The notes under the pieces: generated by a model
The model's database searches: none
What the model saw: only the letters and a program-made list of their open reading frames with translations
What the model was told of the DNA's origin: nothing
Translations under genes and position numbers: made by a program
Assembly: GCA_964559225.1 (NCBI GenBank)
Contig: CAZLGA010000003.1
Span: 2,619 to 66,618, forward strand
DNA length: 64,000 nt
DNA from: an uncultured bacterium
GTDB taxonomy: Bacteria; Hydrothermota; Tepidihabitantia; SM23-42; JAOAFX01
Reading direction: 5' to 3'
Part shown: one piece after another, positions 10,230-18,127 of the stretch
Position numbering within the stretch: the first letter of the stretch is position 1
Layout of the letters: each line of letters begins with the position of its first letter

Positions 10230-10276
10230 AGGATAAATTTTATGATGATTTTAACTTGACCAATCAGAAATTTTGA
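7232..10276 (+). CDS. Large secreted protein with putative glycoside-hydrolase-like core, C-terminally truncated copy (1014 aa)
   Basis: Signal peptide; GIFLDRDD, MANG, DAIMSEE suggest a TIM-barrel GH-like core; identical to 11837-15934 up to ...MRPTP. Confidence 0.55.
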   Translation: MAIQRSFLMFIVVLLCSGIVRFAQSATLCYGFTRVEGVRTNGVQIKAVYQNDTSIVLDTVSYHHPAYGDGYFHMSRSGVLPAGKYNVHFEYGNYLRNKVIFYDPEIGPVNMGDVGLVQVEYYSDDTIIILRNIQMEAVFKRQNGIIRGLTVKGHSGLLSLTQPGQIILRDTLISTEFQQTNGTVTHIDTNIISPNRVQVVFEVNFPYHRATINYTMDTLSLRWDSEVWLQNVSPSNDRALRLDFSLPLLDKMNYAFWADENAPYKIEDYFYKEIRYRQNWCVLPAVILYDTILDYGISFVCPFEGKKPALAFRLKKSPSVDTFRISYNYLRMGRQSGKHAQASLYLVPQAGDWRPGLAWMLDRYSEYFKPHPNSNVLENEGRFFMSGTWTWKEMFIFDTCETFKVKWTEYYSKPFFGLYAPQDRSQWRVVGDNETGLTYYQWFIDSMYHPNTSYVGTRRIIDSFYVHGVGTYPYFNASEVWRKWVATSGDTFPFDSCIAKYANGDTITGFKQCWTMNPDTNLCPENIPSWSAHIDSQCAAVLDSYPQAAGIFLDRDDYQDYDYAHNDSVSMINTTPVYMLGFALEEINEKICRRVHNKNKSIMANGPSGIEVCKNMDAIMSEEYFPPLGSAQYLGLARPMVLMVADTLARQTELKDKSALYSGYFPSLEHRVKESMSRVIDRKYNPLFELYKGRSWVLHPHALRLPSGTKGNIFKALNNDLLIPMVSMEKSQLLPDPFFYDLKVKVSVPDLNEYDHCYILSGDYIGPRWVYYSPSNQGFLTVPEHMVSSLIQLSRDPRYEYSLMSLPVLVRGRPGRFKIRVQNLESGIKTYTLSIITPFRSYNVRTFRLRQYEYRDVQYDFTIPETHPLGEDSFLVINTAPTPDDTALFTNWIVDQVSFGLPERLFIKFPLGDSFNLTLVNNTADTMHQMRLGYTFTQGHGRIEWGPKSFSLNPFEKKELPVEIDVRDTCGVIKIIATSAGDTVGSITRPVKRAMRPTPEDKFYDDFNLTNQKF

Positions 10277-10283
10277 TTAGGAT
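10256..10283 (+). promoter_or_regulatory. sigma70-type promoter at the duplication junction
   Basis: TTGACC(10256-10261)-N16-TAGGAT(10278-10283). Confidence 0.5.
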
Positions 10284-10341
10284 TATTATGAAGATTTTGA
10301 AGAAGATTTGTTGGTGCAACAAATTTAACAAGAAGGTTAAA

Positions 10342-11823
10342 ATGCCTATAAAAAAACAGGATTTTAATCTGTTTCGCCTTGTGCCGTATGTATTAGTTTT
10401 AATATTCTTCCTCAGCACAGGCTTTTCACAGATAACCTGGATGAGAACGTATGGAGGCCCACTTGGCAATTTTGGTTATTCTGTGCAGCAGACTGCTGAT
10501 GGCGGTTATATCGTCACAGGATATACTTATATTTCCGGAAACAATACTCAGGTCTATCTCATCAAGACCGATTCCTTAGGAGATACCCTCTGGACAAAGA
10601 CTTATGGTGGAGATGCCCATGACCGAGGAATGTGTGTTCAACAAACCACCGACGGCGGTTATATCATTACAGGATATACCAATTCCTTTGGAGATAGCTT
10701 CCAGATCTATCTTATTAAGACCGACTCCTTTGGTGATACCCTGTGGACTAAGGTCTATGGGGACAGTTCAACTGATTATGGTTATTCTGTCCAACAGACC
10801 CTTGATGGTGGTTTTATTATCGCTGCTGCCCGTGTTTTTGGGTGGGGTTTTGATCCAGTATATCTTATTAAAACTGACTCTCAGGGAAATGTCCATTGGT
10901 CTAAAACTTATGGTGATACAATAGAAGCAATTGCTGGTAGGTCAGTTCAACAGACTAACGACGGCGGTTATATAATTGGAGGTGGCTGTAATGACCATAT
11001 GTTATTAATAAAAACCGACTCCCTTGGTGAGTGTCAATGGTTTAAGATGTATAGAGCAAGTGGATGGTACATCGATGGTTATTCAGTTCAGCAAGTAAAC
11101 AATGGGTATATTCTTGCAGGGTGTTCGTATCCCTACATTTACCTTGTAAGAACCGATTCTCTTGGTGATACACTTTGGACCAGAACTTTTAGCAGACTTG
11201 GTGATACCTGGGGTGTAATGTGTTATTCAATTGATCAGACAACCGATGGTGGATACATTCTGTGTGGGTATCACTACTATGAGGATCTCAGAAAAACGCT
11301 TTTGGTAAGAACCGATTCTCTTGGTGATACCTTGTGGACAAAGATCTATGCTCTGCCGGGTCAACAAAGCTACAGCAAGGGGTATTCTGTTCAGCAGACG
11401 TCTGATGGTGGCTACATTGTTACTGGCTACATAAGTAGTTCTGAGGGCTGGAAAGTCTATCTCATCAAGACTGACCAGGATGGAAATGTGGCAGGGATAG
11501 AAGAAAGAGGTTGTGCGCAGCGGTTATCTACCCAACCGCGACTGTTGGTTTACTCAAATCCCTTTTCTGGAAAGACAACCATCAAATTCCAAATTCTAAA
11601 TCCGAAATCCGAAGTAAATTCTAAATCACAAACTTCACTAAAAATTTATGATGCACAAGGAAGATTGGTTAGACAATGGGGCTATAAGACAATTAGACAA
11701 TCAGACAAAATTACTTGGGATGGAACCGATGATAGTGGGAATCTGCTTTCACCTGGAGTCTATTTCTGTCGATTGGAAACCAATGAATCTGCAGTAACGA
11801 CAAAAGTCATAAAGTTGGAATAA
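10342..11823 (+). CDS. Secreted beta-propeller-type repeat protein with FlgD/T9SS-like C-terminal domain (paralog 2)
   Basis: Start placed at ATG 10342 (MPIKKQDFNLF, homologous to paralog 1 MAMKRENFNLF); same repeats; C-terminal about 112 aa identical to paralog 1. Confidence 0.75.
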   Translation: MPIKKQDFNLFRLVPYVLVLIFFLSTGFSQITWMRTYGGPLGNFGYSVQQTADGGYIVTGYTYISGNNTQVYLIKTDSLGDTLWTKTYGGDAHDRGMCVQQTTDGGYIITGYTNSFGDSFQIYLIKTDSFGDTLWTKVYGDSSTDYGYSVQQTLDGGFIIAAARVFGWGFDPVYLIKTDSQGNVHWSKTYGDTIEAIAGRSVQQTNDGGYIIGGGCNDHMLLIKTDSLGECQWFKMYRASGWYIDGYSVQQVNNGYILAGCSYPYIYLVRTDSLGDTLWTRTFSRLGDTWGVMCYSIDQTTDGGYILCGYHYYEDLRKTLLVRTDSLGDTLWTKIYALPGQQSYSKGYSVQQTSDGGYIVTGYISSSEGWKVYLIKTDQDGNVAGIEERGCAQRLSTQPRLLVYSNPFSGKTTIKFQILNPKSEVNSKSQTSLKIYDAQGRLVRQWGYKTIRQSDKITWDGTDDSGNLLSPGVYFCRLETNESAVTTKVIKLE

Positions 11824-14800
11824 ATCAGAAGATAAAATGGCTATACAACGAAGTTTTTTGATGTTTATTGTAGTCTTGCTCTGCTCAGGTATTGTGCGAT
11901 TTGCACAATCTGCGACACTCTGTTATGGGTTTACCAGGGTAGAGGGTGTCCGGACCAATGGAGTCCAAATCAAGGCAGTTTATCAGAATGACACAAGCAT
12001 TGTGCTGGATACGGTGAGTTATCACCATCCAGCTTATGGTGATGGATATTTTCATATGTCTCGGTCTGGTGTGCTTCCTGCCGGTAAATATAATGTTCAC
12101 TTTGAGTATGGCAATTATCTTAGAAACAAAGTCATTTTCTATGACCCTGAAATAGGTCCGGTGAATATGGGTGATGTGGGGTTGGTGCAGGTGGAATATT
12201 ATAGTGATGATACGATAATTATTCTGAGAAATATTCAGATGGAGGCAGTGTTTAAAAGACAGAATGGTATAATTCGGGGATTAACAGTTAAAGGCCATAG
12301 TGGTCTATTATCTTTAACTCAACCCGGGCAGATAATCTTGCGCGATACATTGATTTCTACCGAATTCCAGCAGACCAATGGCACAGTTACGCATATTGAT
12401 ACGAACATAATTTCTCCAAACCGGGTGCAGGTTGTCTTTGAAGTTAATTTCCCATATCACAGAGCAACAATAAACTACACAATGGATACATTATCTTTAA
12501 GGTGGGACAGTGAGGTCTGGCTACAGAATGTGAGTCCTTCTAATGACCGGGCATTGCGCCTTGATTTTTCCCTGCCCTTGCTTGATAAGATGAACTATGC
12601 ATTCTGGGCTGATGAGAATGCACCATACAAAATAGAAGATTATTTTTATAAAGAAATTAGATATCGGCAAAACTGGTGTGTTTTACCTGCGGTAATCCTT
12701 TATGATACGATATTGGATTACGGTATTTCTTTTGTCTGTCCGTTTGAGGGAAAGAAGCCGGCGTTGGCGTTCAGGTTAAAGAAGAGTCCAAGCGTGGATA
12801 CATTTCGGATTTCTTATAATTATTTGAGGATGGGCAGGCAGAGTGGTAAGCATGCTCAGGCATCTTTATATCTTGTGCCGCAGGCAGGTGATTGGCGTCC
12901 TGGTCTTGCCTGGATGCTTGACCGCTATTCAGAATACTTCAAACCCCATCCCAATTCAAATGTTCTTGAAAATGAGGGAAGATTTTTCATGAGTGGCACC
13001 TGGACCTGGAAAGAGATGTTTATATTTGATACCTGCGAAACCTTTAAGGTAAAATGGACCGAATACTATAGCAAGCCATTCTTTGGGCTTTATGCACCAC
13101 AGGACCGTTCCCAGTGGAGGGTGGTAGGCGATAATGAAACTGGGCTTACATACTATCAGTGGTTTATTGATTCTATGTATCATCCTAACACCAGTTATGT
13201 AGGCACGAGGCGAATAATTGATTCCTTTTATGTCCATGGGGTTGGAACCTATCCATACTTCAATGCCAGTGAGGTATGGAGGAAGTGGGTGGCGACGAGT
13301 GGTGATACATTCCCATTTGATAGTTGCATAGCAAAATATGCAAATGGTGATACAATTACTGGATTCAAACAATGCTGGACAATGAATCCAGATACGAATC
13401 TATGTCCTGAAAATATACCCTCCTGGTCCGCACATATTGATTCCCAGTGCGCCGCAGTTTTGGATAGTTATCCACAAGCTGCAGGCATCTTCCTTGACCG
13501 TGATGACTACCAGGATTATGACTATGCCCATAATGATAGTGTCTCAATGATAAATACTACCCCGGTCTATATGCTTGGATTTGCCCTGGAAGAGATAAAT
13601 GAAAAGATCTGCCGGAGGGTGCATAATAAAAATAAGAGTATAATGGCCAATGGTCCTTCTGGTATTGAGGTCTGTAAAAATATGGATGCAATAATGAGCG
13701 AGGAGTACTTTCCACCCTTGGGTTCTGCCCAGTATCTTGGTCTTGCCAGACCGATGGTCTTGATGGTTGCGGATACACTGGCAAGACAGACTGAGTTGAA
13801 AGACAAATCTGCATTGTATTCAGGTTATTTCCCGAGTCTTGAGCATCGGGTAAAAGAGTCTATGAGTCGGGTGATTGACCGAAAGTATAATCCACTCTTT
13901 GAGTTATATAAAGGGAGGTCCTGGGTGCTACATCCCCATGCACTTCGGTTGCCTTCAGGAACCAAGGGCAATATTTTTAAGGCCTTAAATAATGACTTAC
14001 TCATTCCGATGGTGAGTATGGAAAAGTCGCAGTTATTGCCTGACCCATTTTTTTATGATCTCAAAGTAAAGGTCTCAGTTCCTGATTTGAATGAATATGA
14101 CCATTGTTATATCTTATCCGGTGATTATATTGGTCCAAGGTGGGTTTATTATTCTCCTTCTAATCAGGGGTTTCTTACTGTGCCCGAGCATATGGTATCG
14201 TCTCTAATTCAATTATCCAGAGACCCGCGGTATGAATATTCACTAATGAGTTTACCGGTGCTTGTCCGGGGTAGACCAGGAAGATTTAAAATAAGGGTGC
14301 AGAACCTTGAGTCTGGGATTAAGACTTATACTCTATCAATCATCACGCCGTTTAGGAGTTATAATGTGCGCACCTTCCGGTTGCGGCAATATGAATATCG
14401 GGATGTCCAGTATGATTTTACCATTCCTGAGACCCATCCTTTAGGTGAAGATTCGTTTCTGGTTATAAATACTGCCCCGACCCCTGATGATACAGCATTA
14501 TTTACCAATTGGATTGTTGACCAGGTTAGTTTTGGTTTGCCGGAGAGATTATTTATAAAGTTTCCTTTGGGTGATTCCTTTAATTTAACTCTGGTGAATA
14601 ATACTGCAGATACAATGCATCAGATGCGATTGGGTTATACATTTACCCAGGGTCATGGTAGAATAGAATGGGGACCAAAGTCATTTTCTTTAAATCCCTT
14701 TGAGAAAAAGGAGTTGCCTGTAGAGATTGATGTTAGAGACACCTGCGGTGTGATTAAAATTATCGCCACGAGTGCTGGTGATACAGTAGGGAGTATTACA

Positions 14801-14834
14801 AGACCGGTTAAACGGGCAATGCGACCAACACCCG
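11485..14834 (+). repeat. 3350-bp direct repeat, copy 2
   Basis: Matches 6880-10229. Confidence 0.9.
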
Positions 14835-15934
14835 GGGATAAATTTTTTGACGATTTTAACGCAGGGAAGATGAGTGAACAATGGCATTTATGGGAGCCAC
14901 CTGCAGCCTGGTCTGTTGAGAACAGCAGTGCAAAAGGTAATGGCAATTATTCCCGCCACTTTGCTACAGTTGGTGCCGGTAATACAAATTGGACAAACTA
15001 CCGCCTTCAGATGAATACTAAACTTGAAGGTAGCACCAATCCTTTTATTCAGTATCTTAAGTCCTATCTCTATTTTCGGATTCCAAATAATGCGGATACG
15101 ATGTATTACCGATTTGGTATAAAGGGTGATGAAGCAAATCTTGTTCTTTTTAGGCGAGACGGGATGGATAACTGGACAAGGCTCGGTGATTATAGATTCC
15201 AAGCCCAGAAAGATGTCTGGTATAGCCTTGGAATAAGAATTCAGGGTAGCAATATTCGTTGCTATCTAAATGGTGAAGAAATAATCAACAGAAATGATGC
15301 AACATACACCAGTGGTGGTATTGGAATAGGCACTAACGAAGATTATATGACCAATTACTATGATGATATTGTAGTTCGTCCTTTGGTCTTGCCCGATACT
15401 CTCTTTGCAGATAACTTTAATAGTGGTCAGATGTCTCCTTTATGGGTTAGACATCTTGGAAACTGGGATATACCCCAGGATTCAGGATTTGTTAGAGGCA
15501 GTGGCACTGCGCACTTTGCCACGGTGGCTGAGGGTTGTGACTGGACAAACTTTAAATTTTCGGTTAAAATAAGGATAAAAGGAAGTGAGATTATGCCTGC
15601 TTTAAGAGGATATATGTTTTTCCGGGTGCAGGATACACATAATTACTATCGTTTTGGGATTTACGACCGCACCGGACTTGAGCTTCACAAAAGGGAAAAT
15701 GGAGAGTGGACAAATCTTGGCACCTATTCCTTCAAACCTGATAAAGATATCTGGTATAACCTTAAAATAGAAATTCAGGGTGCTCAGATTAAGGGTTATT
15801 TGAACGACACATTACGAATCACATATACTGATAATGTCAATCCCTTTATCAATGGTGGTATTGGGATTGGTGTTTTGGAACAAGAGGAGATGGTCGTTGA
15901 TTATGATGATGTTATTGTGCAACGATTATTGTAG
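11837..15934 (+). CDS. Large secreted putative glycoside-hydrolase-like protein with two C-terminal DUF1080/concanavalin-like domains (1365 aa)
   Basis: As 7232-10276 plus two tandem repeats FxDxFNxG...WTNY/F...YYRFGI...WYxLxIxIQGxxIxxYLN...GGIGIG...YDDxxV. Confidence 0.6.
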   Translation: MAIQRSFLMFIVVLLCSGIVRFAQSATLCYGFTRVEGVRTNGVQIKAVYQNDTSIVLDTVSYHHPAYGDGYFHMSRSGVLPAGKYNVHFEYGNYLRNKVIFYDPEIGPVNMGDVGLVQVEYYSDDTIIILRNIQMEAVFKRQNGIIRGLTVKGHSGLLSLTQPGQIILRDTLISTEFQQTNGTVTHIDTNIISPNRVQVVFEVNFPYHRATINYTMDTLSLRWDSEVWLQNVSPSNDRALRLDFSLPLLDKMNYAFWADENAPYKIEDYFYKEIRYRQNWCVLPAVILYDTILDYGISFVCPFEGKKPALAFRLKKSPSVDTFRISYNYLRMGRQSGKHAQASLYLVPQAGDWRPGLAWMLDRYSEYFKPHPNSNVLENEGRFFMSGTWTWKEMFIFDTCETFKVKWTEYYSKPFFGLYAPQDRSQWRVVGDNETGLTYYQWFIDSMYHPNTSYVGTRRIIDSFYVHGVGTYPYFNASEVWRKWVATSGDTFPFDSCIAKYANGDTITGFKQCWTMNPDTNLCPENIPSWSAHIDSQCAAVLDSYPQAAGIFLDRDDYQDYDYAHNDSVSMINTTPVYMLGFALEEINEKICRRVHNKNKSIMANGPSGIEVCKNMDAIMSEEYFPPLGSAQYLGLARPMVLMVADTLARQTELKDKSALYSGYFPSLEHRVKESMSRVIDRKYNPLFELYKGRSWVLHPHALRLPSGTKGNIFKALNNDLLIPMVSMEKSQLLPDPFFYDLKVKVSVPDLNEYDHCYILSGDYIGPRWVYYSPSNQGFLTVPEHMVSSLIQLSRDPRYEYSLMSLPVLVRGRPGRFKIRVQNLESGIKTYTLSIITPFRSYNVRTFRLRQYEYRDVQYDFTIPETHPLGEDSFLVINTAPTPDDTALFTNWIVDQVSFGLPERLFIKFPLGDSFNLTLVNNTADTMHQMRLGYTFTQGHGRIEWGPKSFSLNPFEKKELPVEIDVRDTCGVIKIIATSAGDTVGSITRPVKRAMRPTPGDKFFDDFNAGKMSEQWHLWEPPAAWSVENSSAKGNGNYSRHFATVGAGNTNWTNYRLQMNTKLEGSTNPFIQYLKSYLYFRIPNNADTMYYRFGIKGDEANLVLFRRDGMDNWTRLGDYRFQAQKDVWYSLGIRIQGSNIRCYLNGEEIINRNDATYTSGGIGIGTNEDYMTNYYDDIVVRPLVLPDTLFADNFNSGQMSPLWVRHLGNWDIPQDSGFVRGSGTAHFATVAEGCDWTNFKFSVKIRIKGSEIMPALRGYMFFRVQDTHNYYRFGIYDRTGLELHKRENGEWTNLGTYSFKPDKDIWYNLKIEIQGAQIKGYLNDTLRITYTDNVNPFINGGIGIGVLEQEEMVVDYDDVIVQRLL

Positions 15935-15983
15935 CAAATCTAATATGTTTTTTATGTCATCATTGAAAGGAGGTGTATCTTAG

Positions 15984-16178
15984 ATGACGAAGATTACGGT
16001 TTATGAAGGTGAATCCTTTGATAATGCGATGCGCCGGTTCCGCAAGTCAGTGGAGCGCGCTGGCATTCTTCGTGCAATCAAAAAACACGAAGTTTATGAA
16101 AAACCGAGTGAAAGAAAAAAACGGCGCTTGCTCACAGCAAGAAAAAAAGAACTTAAAAGACAACGGGAGGAATTATAG
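15984..16178 (+). CDS. rpsU: 30S ribosomal protein S21
   Basis: ESFDNAMRRFRK...YEKPSERKKR; SD AGGAGGTG. Confidence 0.95.
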   Translation: MTKITVYEGESFDNAMRRFRKSVERAGILRAIKKHEVYEKPSERKKRRLLTARKKELKRQREEL

Positions 16179-18127
16179 AAAGAAGCCACGCTGAACAGGT
16201 TCTTGAACTTTCCAAATTGCTAAACATTCTTGCTGATTATTGCCAGACCCAACCAGGTAAATTAAAGGCGCTCAATATACGGGAATTTAAAAGCCAGGAA
16301 CTTGCTGAATCTGAGTTAAGAAAGATTGATGAAATTAGAAAATCAGGTGAAAGGGTTGATTTCTACATCCCATTTATGCCGGGTGAACTAAAAACGTTAA
16401 TTACTGCACAATCATATTTGCCAATTGATATCTTCCACACCTTGCGCCTCTTCCTCACCCATCTAAGAACCCTTAGGAATAGATATGAAAAAGGAAAATT
16501 GAAAAATTATTTTAATAAATTTCATATCTATGATAATATAATTGAAGAGATAAATGCGAAGATAGATGATAATAAAGAGATAAAAAATGACGCCTCACCA
16601 TCCCTTTATAAAATAAGAATGAGAAAAAAAACGCTTTATAACCAGATAAAAAATGAATTGAAAGAATTACTCACTTCTGCACCACATCTATTTACTGAAT
16701 TAAATATCGTTGAAAGAAATGGCAGGTATGTATTGCCAGTGAAGGCAAATCTTAAACATAATCTACCGGGCATTGTTCACGCATATTCAAATTCTGGAGA
16801 GACCATATTCATTGAACCGATGCAAATCGTTGAATTCGGGGCTGAACTCGTTGCACTTGAAAAAGAAGAGCAGGATGAAATAGTGAACATCCTCAGGAAA
16901 CTGACATCAAAAATAAAACTAATTATTGATAATATTGAGTCTGACATTGATTATGCAGCAAACCTTGATTTGCTTTTCGCAAAGGTAAACTACGCATCGG
17001 ATTATAACTGTTCAATGCCTATTTTTGGCGACCATCTGGATATAAGAAATGGATTCCATCCACTATTAAAACACTTAAAAAAAGATACCGTGCCATTAAA
17101 TCTTAATATCCCTATTGATAAAAAAGTTCTACTAATATCAGGACCAAATGCAGGCGGGAAGACAGTCGTCTTGAAAACCGTAGGTTTACTATGCCTCATG
17201 GCAAAATTTGGCATGTTTATACCTTCAGAGGAAGGAACGGTCTTACCATTCTTTGATAAGGTCTATGCAGATATAGGAGATGAACAGAGTCTTGAATCGG
17301 CTCTCTCAACTTTTGCTGCCCACCTTTTACAGATAAAATATGCACTTGAATCAAAAAATGGAAATAACCTTGTGCTACTTGATGAATTGATGAATCAAAC
17401 ATCGGTTGAAGAGGGTTCGGCACTTGCCTCAGCAATAATGGAAGAACTGGCAAAAAGAAATAACATTGTTTTGGCAACAACCCACAACGAAAGTCTTAAA
17501 ATTTATGTAAGCAAGAAGGAAGATATGTTAAATGCGGGTATGGAATTTACTGATAGACCAACCTACCGGCTCATACTTGGAATCCCTCAACCAAGTAATG
17601 CCTTGAAACTTGCCGAGCAAATGGGACTGGAAAAGATTGTTATTGAAAAAGCAAAGTCATATTTAGATAGAGAAAAAGAATCATTAAACGAACTATTTGA
17701 AAGTTTGTCTAAAGAGTTGACGAGCGTTCAGGAAGAAAAGAATAGACTCAATAAATTGATTTCTGAATATGAAATTAGGCTAACTGAATTCGAGTCTAAA
17801 AAGAAGAAAGAACTGATGGAATTGAAAGAAAAGTATCAGAAAGAATTGCTAAAGGCTAAACATCGGATTGAAGAACTTGTAAGAACATTAAGAAAAGAAG
17901 GTCCCAAACCTGAACTGGTAAAAGCAACAAAAGAGTTTTTCAACGCAGAGTTAAAAAAGGAAGCATCAAAAATACCCTATTATCCACAGATTGGTGAAAT
18001 GGTCAAAATAAAAGGGTCAAACAGGGCAGGAGTCGTCCTTGCTCAGCATCAGGGAAGATTCAAAATCGGCTTTGATAACTTATTTTTCTGGGCAAAACCT
18101 GAAGAGATTGAACCAGAGACGAAATAA
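16175..18127 (+). CDS. mutS2: MutS2-family ATPase lacking the Smr domain
   Basis: ISGPNAGGKT Walker A, DIGDEQSLESALSTF, LLDEL, ATTH, coiled coil, terminal KOW-like segment; start proposed at ATA 16175 (ORF track gives TTG 16217). Confidence 0.85.
   Translation: MERSHAEQVLELSKLLNILADYCQTQPGKLKALNIREFKSQELAESELRKIDEIRKSGERVDFYIPFMPGELKTLITAQSYLPIDIFHTLRLFLTHLRTLRNRYEKGKLKNYFNKFHIYDNIIEEINAKIDDNKEIKNDASPSLYKIRMRKKTLYNQIKNELKELLTSAPHLFTELNIVERNGRYVLPVKANLKHNLPGIVHAYSNSGETIFIEPMQIVEFGAELVALEKEEQDEIVNILRKLTSKIKLIIDNIESDIDYAANLDLLFAKVNYASDYNCSMPIFGDHLDIRNGFHPLLKHLKKDTVPLNLNIPIDKKVLLISGPNAGGKTVVLKTVGLLCLMAKFGMFIPSEEGTVLPFFDKVYADIGDEQSLESALSTFAAHLLQIKYALESKNGNNLVLLDELMNQTSVEEGSALASAIMEELAKRNNIVLATTHNESLKIYVSKKEDMLNAGMEFTDRPTYRLILGIPQPSNALKLAEQMGLEKIVIEKAKSYLDREKESLNELFESLSKELTSVQEEKNRLNKLISEYEIRLTEFESKKKKELMELKEKYQKELLKAKHRIEELVRTLRKEGPKPELVKATKEFFNAELKKEASKIPYYPQIGEMVKIKGSNRAGVVLAQHQGRFKIGFDNLFFWAKPEEIEPETK

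Larger units (their letters stand above)
5677..15960 (+). mobile_element. Candidate inserted island of four secreted-protein genes bounded by direct repeat TTTTTATGTCAT
   Basis: Repeat at 5677-5688 and 15949-15960; separates promoter from rpsU RBS; visibly more GC-rich than neighbouring core genes; no integrase or transposase seen. Confidence 0.45.

Noticed and set aside
5728-11823. Diversity-generating retroelement behind the propeller variation
   Set aside because: No reverse transcriptase, and differences are not confined to adenines in a TR/VR pair
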